Of a stretch of 64,000 bases of DNA, positions 31,808-40,796 are shown one piece after another. Both the position numbers and the translations under genes were made by a program. A model generated the notes under the pieces. That model had not been told where the DNA came from. It made no database searches and was given only the letters and a program-made list of their open reading frames with translations. The stretch is taken from assembly GCA_965140785.1 (NCBI GenBank), contig OZ223491.1, forward strand, positions 1 through 64,000, in the 5' to 3' direction. The first letter of the stretch is position 1. Each line of letters starts with the position of its first letter. This DNA is from an uncultured Ruficoccus sp. GTDB taxonomy: Bacteria > Verrucomicrobiota > Verrucomicrobiia > Opitutales > Cerasicoccaceae.

Positions 31808-32647
31808 TCATTGCTCACGCCTGAGTGCGGAAGGGGACTTTCCCGTTTCCCGACGCATAAAGCGGGTGAAAGCGGCCGAGGAACCAAAGCCGATCCGCTC
31901 GGCAATCTGGGTCAACGACAACCCCGGATCCCGCATCAGCGCAAGCGCCCGGTGCAGTTGGTAGTTCGCCCGGTAACAGCGGATGGAGACGCCCGCCTCC
32001 GCTTCGAAACGCGTGCGTAGTTGCCGCTCAGACAAGCCGATTCGCCGGGCCACCGTTTCCAGCGTCCAGCCCTCCAGTGTCGCCTGCAGAATCAGCTCCT
32101 GTGCCCGGGCGATCCAGGAGCTTTTCCGGCGGGTCCGCACTTTTTCCTGCTGGGCCTGACCGATCAGCCGCAGCAACAGTTGATCCAGCACCGGAAGCAT
32201 TTCCTCCGCGACGTTTTCCGGCTCCTGCCAGAGGCGGACAATCCTCTTCCACAGCGCGAGCGACACCTCGTCCTGGGCAAGTGCCCGGTAGCTGAGCGGG
32301 TTCATCTGCGCGGCCCCTTGCTCCAGATCGAAGGTGACAAACAGCCACCGCAACTTGTCCCCAGCCAAGTGGATGTAATGATGGAACTGAAACGGCAAGA
32401 CAAGCAGCGCCTCCCGCTCCCGCAAGGGGATTTCCACCCCGTCCACCAGCACGGAGCCGGGCGTGTCCAAGGGCAGGATCAAGACATGGCGGTGATGCGA
32501 ACGGTTGGTAAAGTGCTTCTGTTGCAGGGAGGCACGATCCGTCCGCATGAAGACGATGGCATTCTGGCTGACCGGTCGCACAGACGCTGTCACCCCGTGG
32601 AAATAATTGCGGGGTGCGGGCAACGAAGCTGGAAACTCCTGCGGCAT
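31808..32647 (-). CDS. AraC family transcriptional regulator
   Basis: GLSERQLRTRF..IAERIGFGSSAAFTRF..SPS; paralog of 58308..59249. Confidence 0.9.
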   Translation of the reverse strand: MPQEFPASLPAPRNYFHGVTASVRPVSQNAIVFMRTDRASLQQKHFTNRSHHRHVLILPLDTPGSVLVDGVEIPLREREALLVLPFQFHHYIHLAGDKLRWLFVTFDLEQGAAQMNPLSYRALAQDEVSLALWKRIVRLWQEPENVAEEMLPVLDQLLLRLIGQAQQEKVRTRRKSSWIARAQELILQATLEGWTLETVARRIGLSERQLRTRFEAEAGVSIRCYRANYQLHRALALMRDPGLSLTQIAERIGFGSSAAFTRFMRRETGKSPSALRREQ

Positions 32648-32721
32648 GACTTCCGAAATAATCAAATTTTCCGCCGAAAACAGCAATCGTAAAACCCAAA
32701 GTATCTGCTATACTAACAACC

Positions 32722-34638
32722 ATGAGCAAACCAGAGATCAGCGAGCTCTCCCAACGCGAGAAAATTCAGACCCAGATTTATTCGTCTGCCGATGACGCGT
32801 GCACATTCGTAGCGGACGCCATTACGGAGCTGATCCAGCAGCGCAGCGCGGAGCACAAGCCCGCCGTCCTCGGCCTGGCCACCGGCTCGACCCCGGTCCG
32901 GCTCTACCGCGAGCTGATCCGTCGCCACCGCGAGGAGGGGCTGTCGTTCGCCAACGTCATCACCTTCAACCTGGACGAATACTACGGCCTCTCCGGCAAC
33001 CACCCCGAGAGCTACCGCCGCTTCATGCAGGACCAGCTTTTCGACCACGTGGACCTCAAGGCAGATAACACCTATGTGCCCGACGGCCTGGCGGCGCGCG
33101 ACAAGGTCTTCGCCTCCTGCCAGGCTTACGAGGCGGCCATCCGCGAGGCCGGGGGCATCGACATCCAGATTCTCGGCATCGGCCGCACCGGGCACATCGG
33201 CTTCAACGAGCCAGGCTCGGGCCCGGAGAGCCGCACCCGCTTGGTCACGCTCGACAGCCTCACCCGCCGCGACGCCGCCCGCGACTTTCTGGGCGAGGAG
33301 AATGTCCCGCGCCACGCCATCACCATGGGCGTCGGCACCATCCTCGACGCCCGCCAGGTCTTTCTGCTGGCCTGGGGCGAGGCCAAGGCCGGCGTCATCG
33401 CCCAATCCGTCGAGGGCGAGCCTTCGGCCACGATTCCGGCCAGCTTTCTCCAGTTGCACCGCGACTGCACCTTCTGCATCGATGAGGCCGCCGGTGGCCA
33501 CTTGACCCGCCTGCGCCACCCCTGGCTCGTCGGACCGGTGGAGTGGACCCCCGCCATGATCCGCAAGTCCATGGTCTGGCTGGCTGGCATCACACAAAAG
33601 CCCCTGCTCAAGCTGACCGACGAGGACTACACCGAGAACGGCATGGCCGACCTGCTGACCGAGAAGGGCTCCGCCTACCGGCTCAACATCGACACCTTTA
33701 ACACCACCCAGCACACCATCACCGGCTGGCCCGGCGGCAAACCCAACGCCGACGACAGCCACCGGCCCGAGCGCGCAAGCCCCTTTCCCAAGCGTGCGCT
33801 CGTCCTCAGCCCCGAGCCGACCGACGACGTCGCCTGCCTCGGCGGAACCATTCACCGGCTGGCCAATCAGGGCAGCGATGTGACCCTCGCCTACCTTACC
33901 TCGGGCAACCTCGCCGTCCCCGACACCGACGCCCGCCGCTCCATTGAGCTGATCATCGAGCTGGGCGAAACCATGCACAACGCCTCCGAGGTCAAGCACG
34001 CCCGGACGGTGGAGAAGCAGCTCGACGGCAAGGGACAGTTCGGTGAAGACACGCCGGACATCCGCCACCTCAAGGGCCTCATCCGGCGCGGCGAAGCCCG
34101 CTGCTCGGCCCGCATCCTGGAGCTGGAGCCCGAGCGCCTGCGCTTCCTTGACCTGCCCTTTTACGAGCAGGGGCGCTACCGACGGTTCAAGCCGCAGGCC
34201 GAGGACGTGGCCGCCATGGTCAAGCTCCTCGACGGGGTGCGCCCCCACCAGATATTCACCACCGGCCTGGGACACGATCCGCTCTCCGTCCCCGCGCTGT
34301 GCTTCGAGATTTTACGGGAGGCGCTGAAGGCCTGCGCCGGTGCCGACTGGCTGAGCGACTGCTGGATCTGGCTCTACCGCGGCCCCGGCGCCGAGTGGGA
34401 AATCCACGAGCTGGACATGGCGGTGCCGCTCTCGCCCGACGAGTTGACCTTTAAAATCCAGGGCATTTACCAGCACCAGACCCAGCGCAGCCAGTCACCC
34501 AGCATCAGCCGCCTGAGTGAAAACTCCTGGAATCTCGCCAGCGAGCTGAACCGCACGACCGCCCAAACCTACGACGCGCTCGGCCTGCCCGAATACGAGG
34601 CCCTCGAGGGCTTTAAACGCTACCTTCCCGAGCTGTGA
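32722..34638 (+). CDS. nagB: Glucosamine-6-phosphate deaminase fused to a PIG-L-like domain (long NagB)
   Basis: GLATGSTP, FNLDEYY, LGIGRTGHIGFNEPGS, TITGWPGGKPNADDS. Confidence 0.93.
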   Translation: MSKPEISELSQREKIQTQIYSSADDACTFVADAITELIQQRSAEHKPAVLGLATGSTPVRLYRELIRRHREEGLSFANVITFNLDEYYGLSGNHPESYRRFMQDQLFDHVDLKADNTYVPDGLAARDKVFASCQAYEAAIREAGGIDIQILGIGRTGHIGFNEPGSGPESRTRLVTLDSLTRRDAARDFLGEENVPRHAITMGVGTILDARQVFLLAWGEAKAGVIAQSVEGEPSATIPASFLQLHRDCTFCIDEAAGGHLTRLRHPWLVGPVEWTPAMIRKSMVWLAGITQKPLLKLTDEDYTENGMADLLTEKGSAYRLNIDTFNTTQHTITGWPGGKPNADDSHRPERASPFPKRALVLSPEPTDDVACLGGTIHRLANQGSDVTLAYLTSGNLAVPDTDARRSIELIIELGETMHNASEVKHARTVEKQLDGKGQFGEDTPDIRHLKGLIRRGEARCSARILELEPERLRFLDLPFYEQGRYRRFKPQAEDVAAMVKLLDGVRPHQIFTTGLGHDPLSVPALCFEILREALKACAGADWLSDCWIWLYRGPGAEWEIHELDMAVPLSPDELTFKIQGIYQHQTQRSQSPSISRLSENSWNLASELNRTTAQTYDALGLPEYEALEGFKRYLPEL

Positions 34639-36026
34639 ACCCCCAGACACAACCGATGCCACACCGCCCACCACTCGACCCGGATTTCCTGCCGACCGCG
34701 ACCTGGAACCGCGACTACCGCACCCGCGCTGGTAAGATGTCCGGCTCGCGCCCGGTCACATTCACGATTACCCGGCCTGACCGCCAATCGTGGACCTACA
34801 CTACCCGTATGCTCCCCGACCTGCCGGAGCATGCCGAGTACAACTGGCGTTACGCTGAGCGGCTGGTCAAGACCTTGCTGTGGGCATGGGGCGGCAGCCG
34901 CGTCCGGGTGTACGGGGCGCACGAAATTGTCTCCAAGCTCCGGCAGACCTACCGGCCCGAGGGCCCGCGCGGATTCGATTGCGACTTTATCGGTCAGACC
35001 TGCTTCGGGGAGGCCATGAGCATCGGTGAAGGCCGCCCCCCGGCCAATCCCACCTCTCCCGCCAGCCTTTCGGTGGAGAACAACCTGAAAGGCTGCCGCA
35101 TCGGCTTCGACCTCGGGGGCAGCGACCGCAAATGCGCCGCCCTCATCGACGGCGAGGTCGTCTTCTCCGAGGAGGTCAAGTGGGACCCCTACTTTCAGGC
35201 CGACCCTGCCTATCACCTCGACGGCATCCGCCACAGCCTGCAACTGGCCGCCGCGAAGCTTCCCCGCGTCGATGCCATCGGCGGCAGCGCCGCCGGTATC
35301 TATATCAATAATGAGCCCCGCGCCGGTTCGCTCTTTCGCGGCGTTTCCCCGGAAGACTTTGATCGCGGCATCCGCGGCCTGTTCCGCCAACTCCAGCAGG
35401 AGTGGGGCGGCGTGCCCTTTGCTGTGGCCAATGACGGCGACGTTACCGCGCTGGCCGGGGCCATGTCCCTGAAGACCAACGCCGTCCTCGGCATTTCCAT
35501 GGGCACGAGCCAGGCCGCCGGTTACGTCGATCCCCAGGGGCAGGTCACCGGGTGGCTGAACGAGCTTGCCTTCGTCCCGGTCGATGTCCGCGAGGACGCC
35601 CCGTGCGATGAGTGGAGCGGCGACCATGGTTGCGGCGTGCAGTATTTTTCGCAGCAGGCCGTCGGGCGGCTCATTCCCGCCGCCGGGCTCAGCGTGGATA
35701 AAAGCGCCTCGCTGCCCGAACAGCTCGAAGCCGTCCAGAGCCGCATGGCCCAGGGCGACGAACGCGCCGCCGCTATTTACCAAACGATTGGCGTGTACTT
35801 CGGGTATGCGCTGGCCCACTACGCAGACTTTTATGATTTCAACCACCTGCTCCTCCTCGGGCGCGTCAGCTCGGGCGACGGCGGGCGGATCATCCTCGAT
35901 CAGGCCCGCGCCGTTCTCGGCGACGAGTTCCCGGAGCTGGCCGCGAAAATCAAACTCGACACCCCGGACGAACAGATGAAGCGTCACGGACAGGCCATCG
36001 CCGCCGCCAGCCTGCCTCGATTTTAA
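34635..36026 (+). CDS. ROK family protein (probable sugar kinase) with N-terminal extension
   Basis: GFDLGGSDRK, ANDGDVTALAG, MGTSQAAGY, WLNELAF. Confidence 0.85.
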   Translation: MNPQTQPMPHRPPLDPDFLPTATWNRDYRTRAGKMSGSRPVTFTITRPDRQSWTYTTRMLPDLPEHAEYNWRYAERLVKTLLWAWGGSRVRVYGAHEIVSKLRQTYRPEGPRGFDCDFIGQTCFGEAMSIGEGRPPANPTSPASLSVENNLKGCRIGFDLGGSDRKCAALIDGEVVFSEEVKWDPYFQADPAYHLDGIRHSLQLAAAKLPRVDAIGGSAAGIYINNEPRAGSLFRGVSPEDFDRGIRGLFRQLQQEWGGVPFAVANDGDVTALAGAMSLKTNAVLGISMGTSQAAGYVDPQGQVTGWLNELAFVPVDVREDAPCDEWSGDHGCGVQYFSQQAVGRLIPAAGLSVDKSASLPEQLEAVQSRMAQGDERAAAIYQTIGVYFGYALAHYADFYDFNHLLLLGRVSSGDGGRIILDQARAVLGDEFPELAAKIKLDTPDEQMKRHGQAIAAASLPRF

Positions 36027-36038
36027 CCCCCGCCAACC

Positions 36039-36893
36039 ATGCACTTCACCCAAGCCCAAGCCGACCTTTTCATTCCCGACGCCCTACCCGCTCCGGAGGC
36101 CCTTGCCCGCACCACCCACCTGGGAATCGGTGCCCATCAGGACGACCTGGAGTTCATGGCCCTGCACGGCATCCTGGCGTGCTTTCAGCGCACGGACCGG
36201 TGGTTCGGCGCGGTGACCTGCACCGACGGGGCCGGGAGCGCCCGCACAGGCGCGTACGCCAACTTCAGTGACGAGGAGATGAAAGCCGTCCGCGTGCAGG
36301 AGCAGCGCGCCGCCGCCGTCATCGGCCAATACAGCTTCGTCGCGCAGCTCGCCCACCCCAGCTCGGGCGTCAAGACCGCCGCTCCCCGCGCCCGTGTGAG
36401 CGAAGACCTGCAAGCCCTCCTCACCGCCGCGCAGCCCGAGGTTGTCTATACCCACAACCCCGCCGACAAGCACGCCACTCACATCGGGGTTTTTCTCGCC
36501 ACGCTGGGCGCTATCCGCTCGCTGCCGCAGGCGCTGCGCCCGAAAAAACTCCTCGGCTGCGAAGTCTGGCGCGGCCTCGACTGGCTGCGCGACGCCGACA
36601 AGGCCGTGCTCCCGGTCGGCAACCACCCCAACCTCGCCGCCGCCCTCAACGGTGTCTTTGACTCGCAGATCACCGGCGGCAAGCGCTACGACCTCGCCGT
36701 CGAAGGCCGCCGTCTGGCCAACGCCACCTTCTTTGACGCTCACTCCGTTGATGAGCAGGATAAAGTGACCTACGCGCTCGACCTGACGCCGCTGCTTGAG
36801 GACGATTCGCTCGATCCGCTGGCGTTCGTCACCGGGCATGTCCGGCGTCTCCAGGAAGACATCGAGGCACTCTACGGCGACCTTTCCCAATAG
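36039..36893 (+). CDS. PIG-L/LmbE family de-N-acetylase
   Basis: GAHQDDLE, TDGAGS, THNPADKHATH. Confidence 0.88.
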   Translation: MHFTQAQADLFIPDALPAPEALARTTHLGIGAHQDDLEFMALHGILACFQRTDRWFGAVTCTDGAGSARTGAYANFSDEEMKAVRVQEQRAAAVIGQYSFVAQLAHPSSGVKTAAPRARVSEDLQALLTAAQPEVVYTHNPADKHATHIGVFLATLGAIRSLPQALRPKKLLGCEVWRGLDWLRDADKAVLPVGNHPNLAAALNGVFDSQITGGKRYDLAVEGRRLANATFFDAHSVDEQDKVTYALDLTPLLEDDSLDPLAFVTGHVRRLQEDIEALYGDLSQ

Positions 36894-36959
36894 GTCGCCG
36901 CCGGGCTGCATAGCGGCGGTATTATTTGCTGACTATTAGCCCCAGCAGACGACACCTGT

Positions 36960-37727
36960 TTACTCCTTTCGCGCGTTTATGTCCACCTGCTCCGGTGGCC
37001 ATGTCACAGGATGCCAATACGTGCGCAGATGGTAGTTCGCCTCCGGAAATTCGGGCGTGGCGGACAGCACCGGCTCCCCCGCGCCCGGACCGGTATCGTA
37101 CCGTGCGAAAGAAAACCTGAGCTCTCGCGGGCTCCTGTCTCCGTCCATCGGCCCGCCGGGGATATCCAGGCCCAGGCTCGCGTACGGGATCAGAAGGTAA
37201 ACCGTCCAGAACCCCGCTCCTGGAGCCGCCTCAGTTTCGCTCCGGGCAAAACTGCGATCGTCGATCAACGCGGACTCAAACGACACCTCGTTAGCCCGAA
37301 ACGCCCGGTAGCTCTCCGGGCTCCAGCGCAGAAACAGGTTCTGGTTCTCCGGGGTGACGTGGACCTCGTAGTACCGCCCTGCTCCGGTCTCAATGAAGCA
37401 TTCAAAGACATCGCCGTTTTCCCAGGTTTTTTGATTAAAACCATCCGTGCCGTTGTGGATGGACGCATCCTCCAGCACCGCCAGCACGACAAAGCCCTCG
37501 TCGGTGGCATAGAGCCGCACCCGCCCCGGCGCGAACCCGGCCTCGGGCTGTGCGCGCCAAGCCTGCCGCAAGGGAAGCACGAGCAGAGGCGTATCGAGTA
37601 AACCATGACATTGCGCAAATTTGTCCAGAATAACACTCAGTGAACCGGGCAGACCGGGATTGGCGCAGGAAACGGCCAGTGCCGACAGCCCCATTAAGAT
37701 AGAAAGAAAAAGGCGGAGGCTGGACAT
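36960..37727 (-). CDS. CBM9-like sugar-binding domain protein, possible lipoprotein
   Basis: Signal LAVSC; TWENGDVFECFI, YYEVHVTP, LIPYASL, FSFARYD, NYH. Confidence 0.65.
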   Translation of the reverse strand: MSSLRLFLSILMGLSALAVSCANPGLPGSLSVILDKFAQCHGLLDTPLLVLPLRQAWRAQPEAGFAPGRVRLYATDEGFVVLAVLEDASIHNGTDGFNQKTWENGDVFECFIETGAGRYYEVHVTPENQNLFLRWSPESYRAFRANEVSFESALIDDRSFARSETEAAPGAGFWTVYLLIPYASLGLDIPGGPMDGDRSPRELRFSFARYDTGPGAGEPVLSATPEFPEANYHLRTYWHPVTWPPEQVDINARKE

Positions 37728-37730
37728 GAT

Positions 37731-39788
37731 TCAATCACGCTCTTGCAAATGTTCGTCGCCACGGACGGTGCCATCGTCGGACTCGTCGCGCTCGGGTCCC
37801 TTCAGGTGCCGCACAAAGGCGAACAGATCGCGGAATCCGCCAATCAGGAACCAGACCGTGGCGATTAACGCAATGATGATCGTGATCACGACCTTGAACC
37901 CCCACCAGCGGATCCAGCTTTCGTCAGAGATGCCGCTGGTGACCGCGAGGGCGGATCCGATGAGGAAACAGATAAACCAGAAAAACGCGAAGCACGTCGC
38001 GAACAGATAAATAAAACGATCTCCCCGCGTAAAGTCCCGGTTGATGCCGAGTACCCGATAGATACGTTGACGCCAGCCGACCGGCGGCGGGTCCGCCGAG
38101 CGGCCCGGATTATCCGCCGCACCCTCGGGATGGTGCCCCACCACCTCGATCGCATACTCACCGCGGTGCAGAAGCTTGTCCATATTCACCGGTGGACGTC
38201 GGGATAACAGCGAGAAAACCACATAGGCCAATCCGGCCGAGACCGCCGCGATGAGGGACATCTGCACCCCGTTGAGCGGAAAGGCGGCGGGCAGGTGCTG
38301 TAGCCAGACCACTCCCGAGTGCGCAAGCTTCCAGTCCGGTAGGAGGTGCGGCCAGACGAGGTTACGCAGCACGATGCCGCACACCGCCATGACCGAGCCG
38401 ATGATCATAGCCGCCCAGGCTCCTTCCACCGAGCCACGCTTCCAGTAAAGCCCCCCGAGGATAACCGCCCCGGCCCCGCCGAGGTAAATGGCTCCGGTGA
38501 TCTGGAAGTACATGTAGATGTACTCATTGAGCGGAAAGAACAGGCTGAAGAAAAAAGCAAAGACGGCTACGCCCACAATCGCTCCGCGCAGCAGCCACAT
38601 GTGCGCCTTCTGGCTCAGCGGTTTATTGCGCAGGGGCATAACCACGTCCTGGATAAAGATCGAGCCCCACGAGTGCAGGTAGGTGTCGTCCGTCGAGACG
38701 GCGGCGGAGATGATCATGGCGACAAAGAGTCCCATCACCCCCATGGGGAGCAACTGCGACAATCCGGCCGGCACGCGCATCTGGCCCTGGATTTGTGGGC
38801 TGTCGATGGTGGAGAGCACTGCTTGGACCGCGTCGGCCTGAGCGGTAAACTCCGGCAGGTGCAGCATTGCGAACACGAACAGCGGGCACAGCATCGAAAG
38901 CAGAAAGAGCACCTGCGCCCGGAACATGCCCAGGATGTTCGCCATGCGCGCCTCGTGCGGGCTTTTCGGGGCGGCATTATAACCCTGCGATCCTTGCCAG
39001 GCCTTGAAGCCGTAAATGTTCAGCACCGCGATCATGACAAAAAACGCCGGGTTGAAGCCCTTCGTGTCGCCCTGCTTGAAGGGGTTGATCCGCGAGGCCT
39101 GCTCGGGCGCCATTTGCAGCCCGCTGATCAGCTCCGGCCAGCTGATGCGCGAGAGCAGCACGAAGAAGCAGATCAGGATCGTTATCTGCACCATCTGCCC
39201 CTGGAAAAAATCCGTGATCATCACGGCGATCTGCCCGCCGGACAGCGTCAGCGTCAAGGCCACCGCAAGCAGCAGAAACATGACCGGCGCGATGGTGGGA
39301 ACCGCGAAGCCCATTACTTCAAAGCTCTGCGGCAACCCGCAAAAGTAAACCAGGAAGCGCGCCGTCACCGCCGGGAATATCCCGTAGTTGAGCACCCCGG
39401 AGACAAAGGCCAGAATCCCGGAAAAAATGCGGAAGCGCCGGCTGTAGCGCATCTCGAAAAACTGCGCCATGGTCAGCGCCCGGGTTTCTCGGTAGCGGTA
39501 GATGACGAAGCCGGACAGCGCCAGGATCAAGCCCAGCGGCGCCAGAATCTGCTCCCACCACGCGCCGGAAAATCCGGACTCGTAGAACTTCTCGAAGTTG
39601 GCCGCAATAGAGATCGCTCCCAGCCCCGCCATCCCGTCGGCCATCGTCAGCAGGTAGCGCCCGGCACAGCGGTTACCGGCGAGAAAGTCAGCCACACTCC
39701 GGGTCAGCAAGTGCGTGCGGACCGCAATGCCGATCAAAAAAGCCAGCAAGGTGCCGACAATCAACCAGTCAATCCATTGCAGGTTCAT
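37731..39788 (-). CDS. Large SSS-family sodium:solute symporter
   Basis: WIDWLIV..DFLAGNRCAGRY, QFFEMRYS, VSTDDTYLHSWGS. Confidence 0.9.
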   Translation of the reverse strand: MNLQWIDWLIVGTLLAFLIGIAVRTHLLTRSVADFLAGNRCAGRYLLTMADGMAGLGAISIAANFEKFYESGFSGAWWEQILAPLGLILALSGFVIYRYRETRALTMAQFFEMRYSRRFRIFSGILAFVSGVLNYGIFPAVTARFLVYFCGLPQSFEVMGFAVPTIAPVMFLLLAVALTLTLSGGQIAVMITDFFQGQMVQITILICFFVLLSRISWPELISGLQMAPEQASRINPFKQGDTKGFNPAFFVMIAVLNIYGFKAWQGSQGYNAAPKSPHEARMANILGMFRAQVLFLLSMLCPLFVFAMLHLPEFTAQADAVQAVLSTIDSPQIQGQMRVPAGLSQLLPMGVMGLFVAMIISAAVSTDDTYLHSWGSIFIQDVVMPLRNKPLSQKAHMWLLRGAIVGVAVFAFFFSLFFPLNEYIYMYFQITGAIYLGGAGAVILGGLYWKRGSVEGAWAAMIIGSVMAVCGIVLRNLVWPHLLPDWKLAHSGVVWLQHLPAAFPLNGVQMSLIAAVSAGLAYVVFSLLSRRPPVNMDKLLHRGEYAIEVVGHHPEGAADNPGRSADPPPVGWRQRIYRVLGINRDFTRGDRFIYLFATCFAFFWFICFLIGSALAVTSGISDESWIRWWGFKVVITIIIALIATVWFLIGGFRDLFAFVRHLKGPERDESDDGTVRGDEHLQERD

Positions 39789-39818
39789 GAGGAATAATGG
39801 GGTAGCTCTGCGTTATAT

Positions 39819-39831
39819 TTCACTCAATGAA
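39819..39831. promoter_or_regulatory. Putative ROK operator TTCACT-C-AATGAA
   Basis: 30 bp upstream of the SSS start; TTGACA on the minus strand at 39854-39859. Confidence 0.75.
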
Positions 39832-40014
39832 ACATTTTCAAATCCCGCTACAGTGTCAACGTAAAACAGGAAAAGCCCAATAGCTATTTTAACCGGCGCA
39901 GAATAAGGCGCGAGAGGTACTGTTTCCTTTTCCTGGACAAAAGGCACACCAGTGATTCACCGTGCCAGCCGATCCTCCAGGAATGACATTATCCACGAGT
40001 TGCCGCCCAATTAA

Positions 40015-40027
40015 TTCATTGAATAAA
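40015..40027. promoter_or_regulatory. Putative ROK operator TTCATT-G-AATAAA
   Basis: 8 bp before TTGATT-N16-TAAGCT, upstream of the gene at 40073. Confidence 0.65.
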
Positions 40028-40072
40028 GTTTTTAATTGATTTATCTCCCGTTCCAGATAAGCTGAAATTCAA

Positions 40073-40696
40073 ATGAGAAATCTCCACCCATCCGTCGCCC
40101 TCGCTCTGCTCATCGCTGTCGCTCCTCTCGCCAGCGCAGAGACCTTACTCATCGACGATTTCAGCGAGTACGCGACCACCGCCGACCTGCAAAACAGCTG
40201 GAACTCATTCGGCAAAGCCGCCTCCTCGGGGCCGGCCACCCTCGCCCCCGGCAAAGGCACGTCGGGCACGCATGCCGCCCTCTTTCAGCTCAACTGGGAT
40301 GCAGGGGACAATGCCAACATGCGCCGGATCGCGCTGCCCGAAGCCATGAAGGACCTGAGCAGTTACGGGACGGCCAAGATCACCGTGAAGCTCGCCGACG
40401 ACGCGCAGGGCTACAGCCAGCCCAGCACCCCCACGGCACTGCGGATCGTGATCAAAGGCGGACCGGACGACAGCATCTGGCAGACCGACACGGACATCAT
40501 GCCGATTATCGAGAGCGGCGATTATCACACCGTGGTCATTCCCCTCTCGGAGCAGAGCATGGTACGCGAGAGCGGCCAGAGTTCCCTCCAGCAGACCCTG
40601 TCCCAGGTAACTGACCTGCGCCTGCGCTTTGAAAATGAACAGGCTCCCGGCGCACGCCAGGACGCCTATATCGATAGGTTGGTTCTCACTGAATGA
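40073..40696 (+). CDS. Secreted CBM-like protein, paralog of 25231..25935 without PEP-CTERM
   Basis: IDDFSEY..WNSFG..AALFQLNW..NANM..IWQT..LRLRFEN..RQDAYID. Confidence 0.8.
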   Translation: MRNLHPSVALALLIAVAPLASAETLLIDDFSEYATTADLQNSWNSFGKAASSGPATLAPGKGTSGTHAALFQLNWDAGDNANMRRIALPEAMKDLSSYGTAKITVKLADDAQGYSQPSTPTALRIVIKGGPDDSIWQTDTDIMPIIESGDYHTVVIPLSEQSMVRESGQSSLQQTLSQVTDLRLRFENEQAPGARQDAYIDRLVLTE

Positions 40697-40796
40697 GAAA
40701 TTTTGCCACTGCGGGGGCCTGTTATCCAGCGGAACCTCTCGGCTCCCCTGACGGCGACAAACAAGCATCAACTCAACCGGATCGAAACCTTTACTC

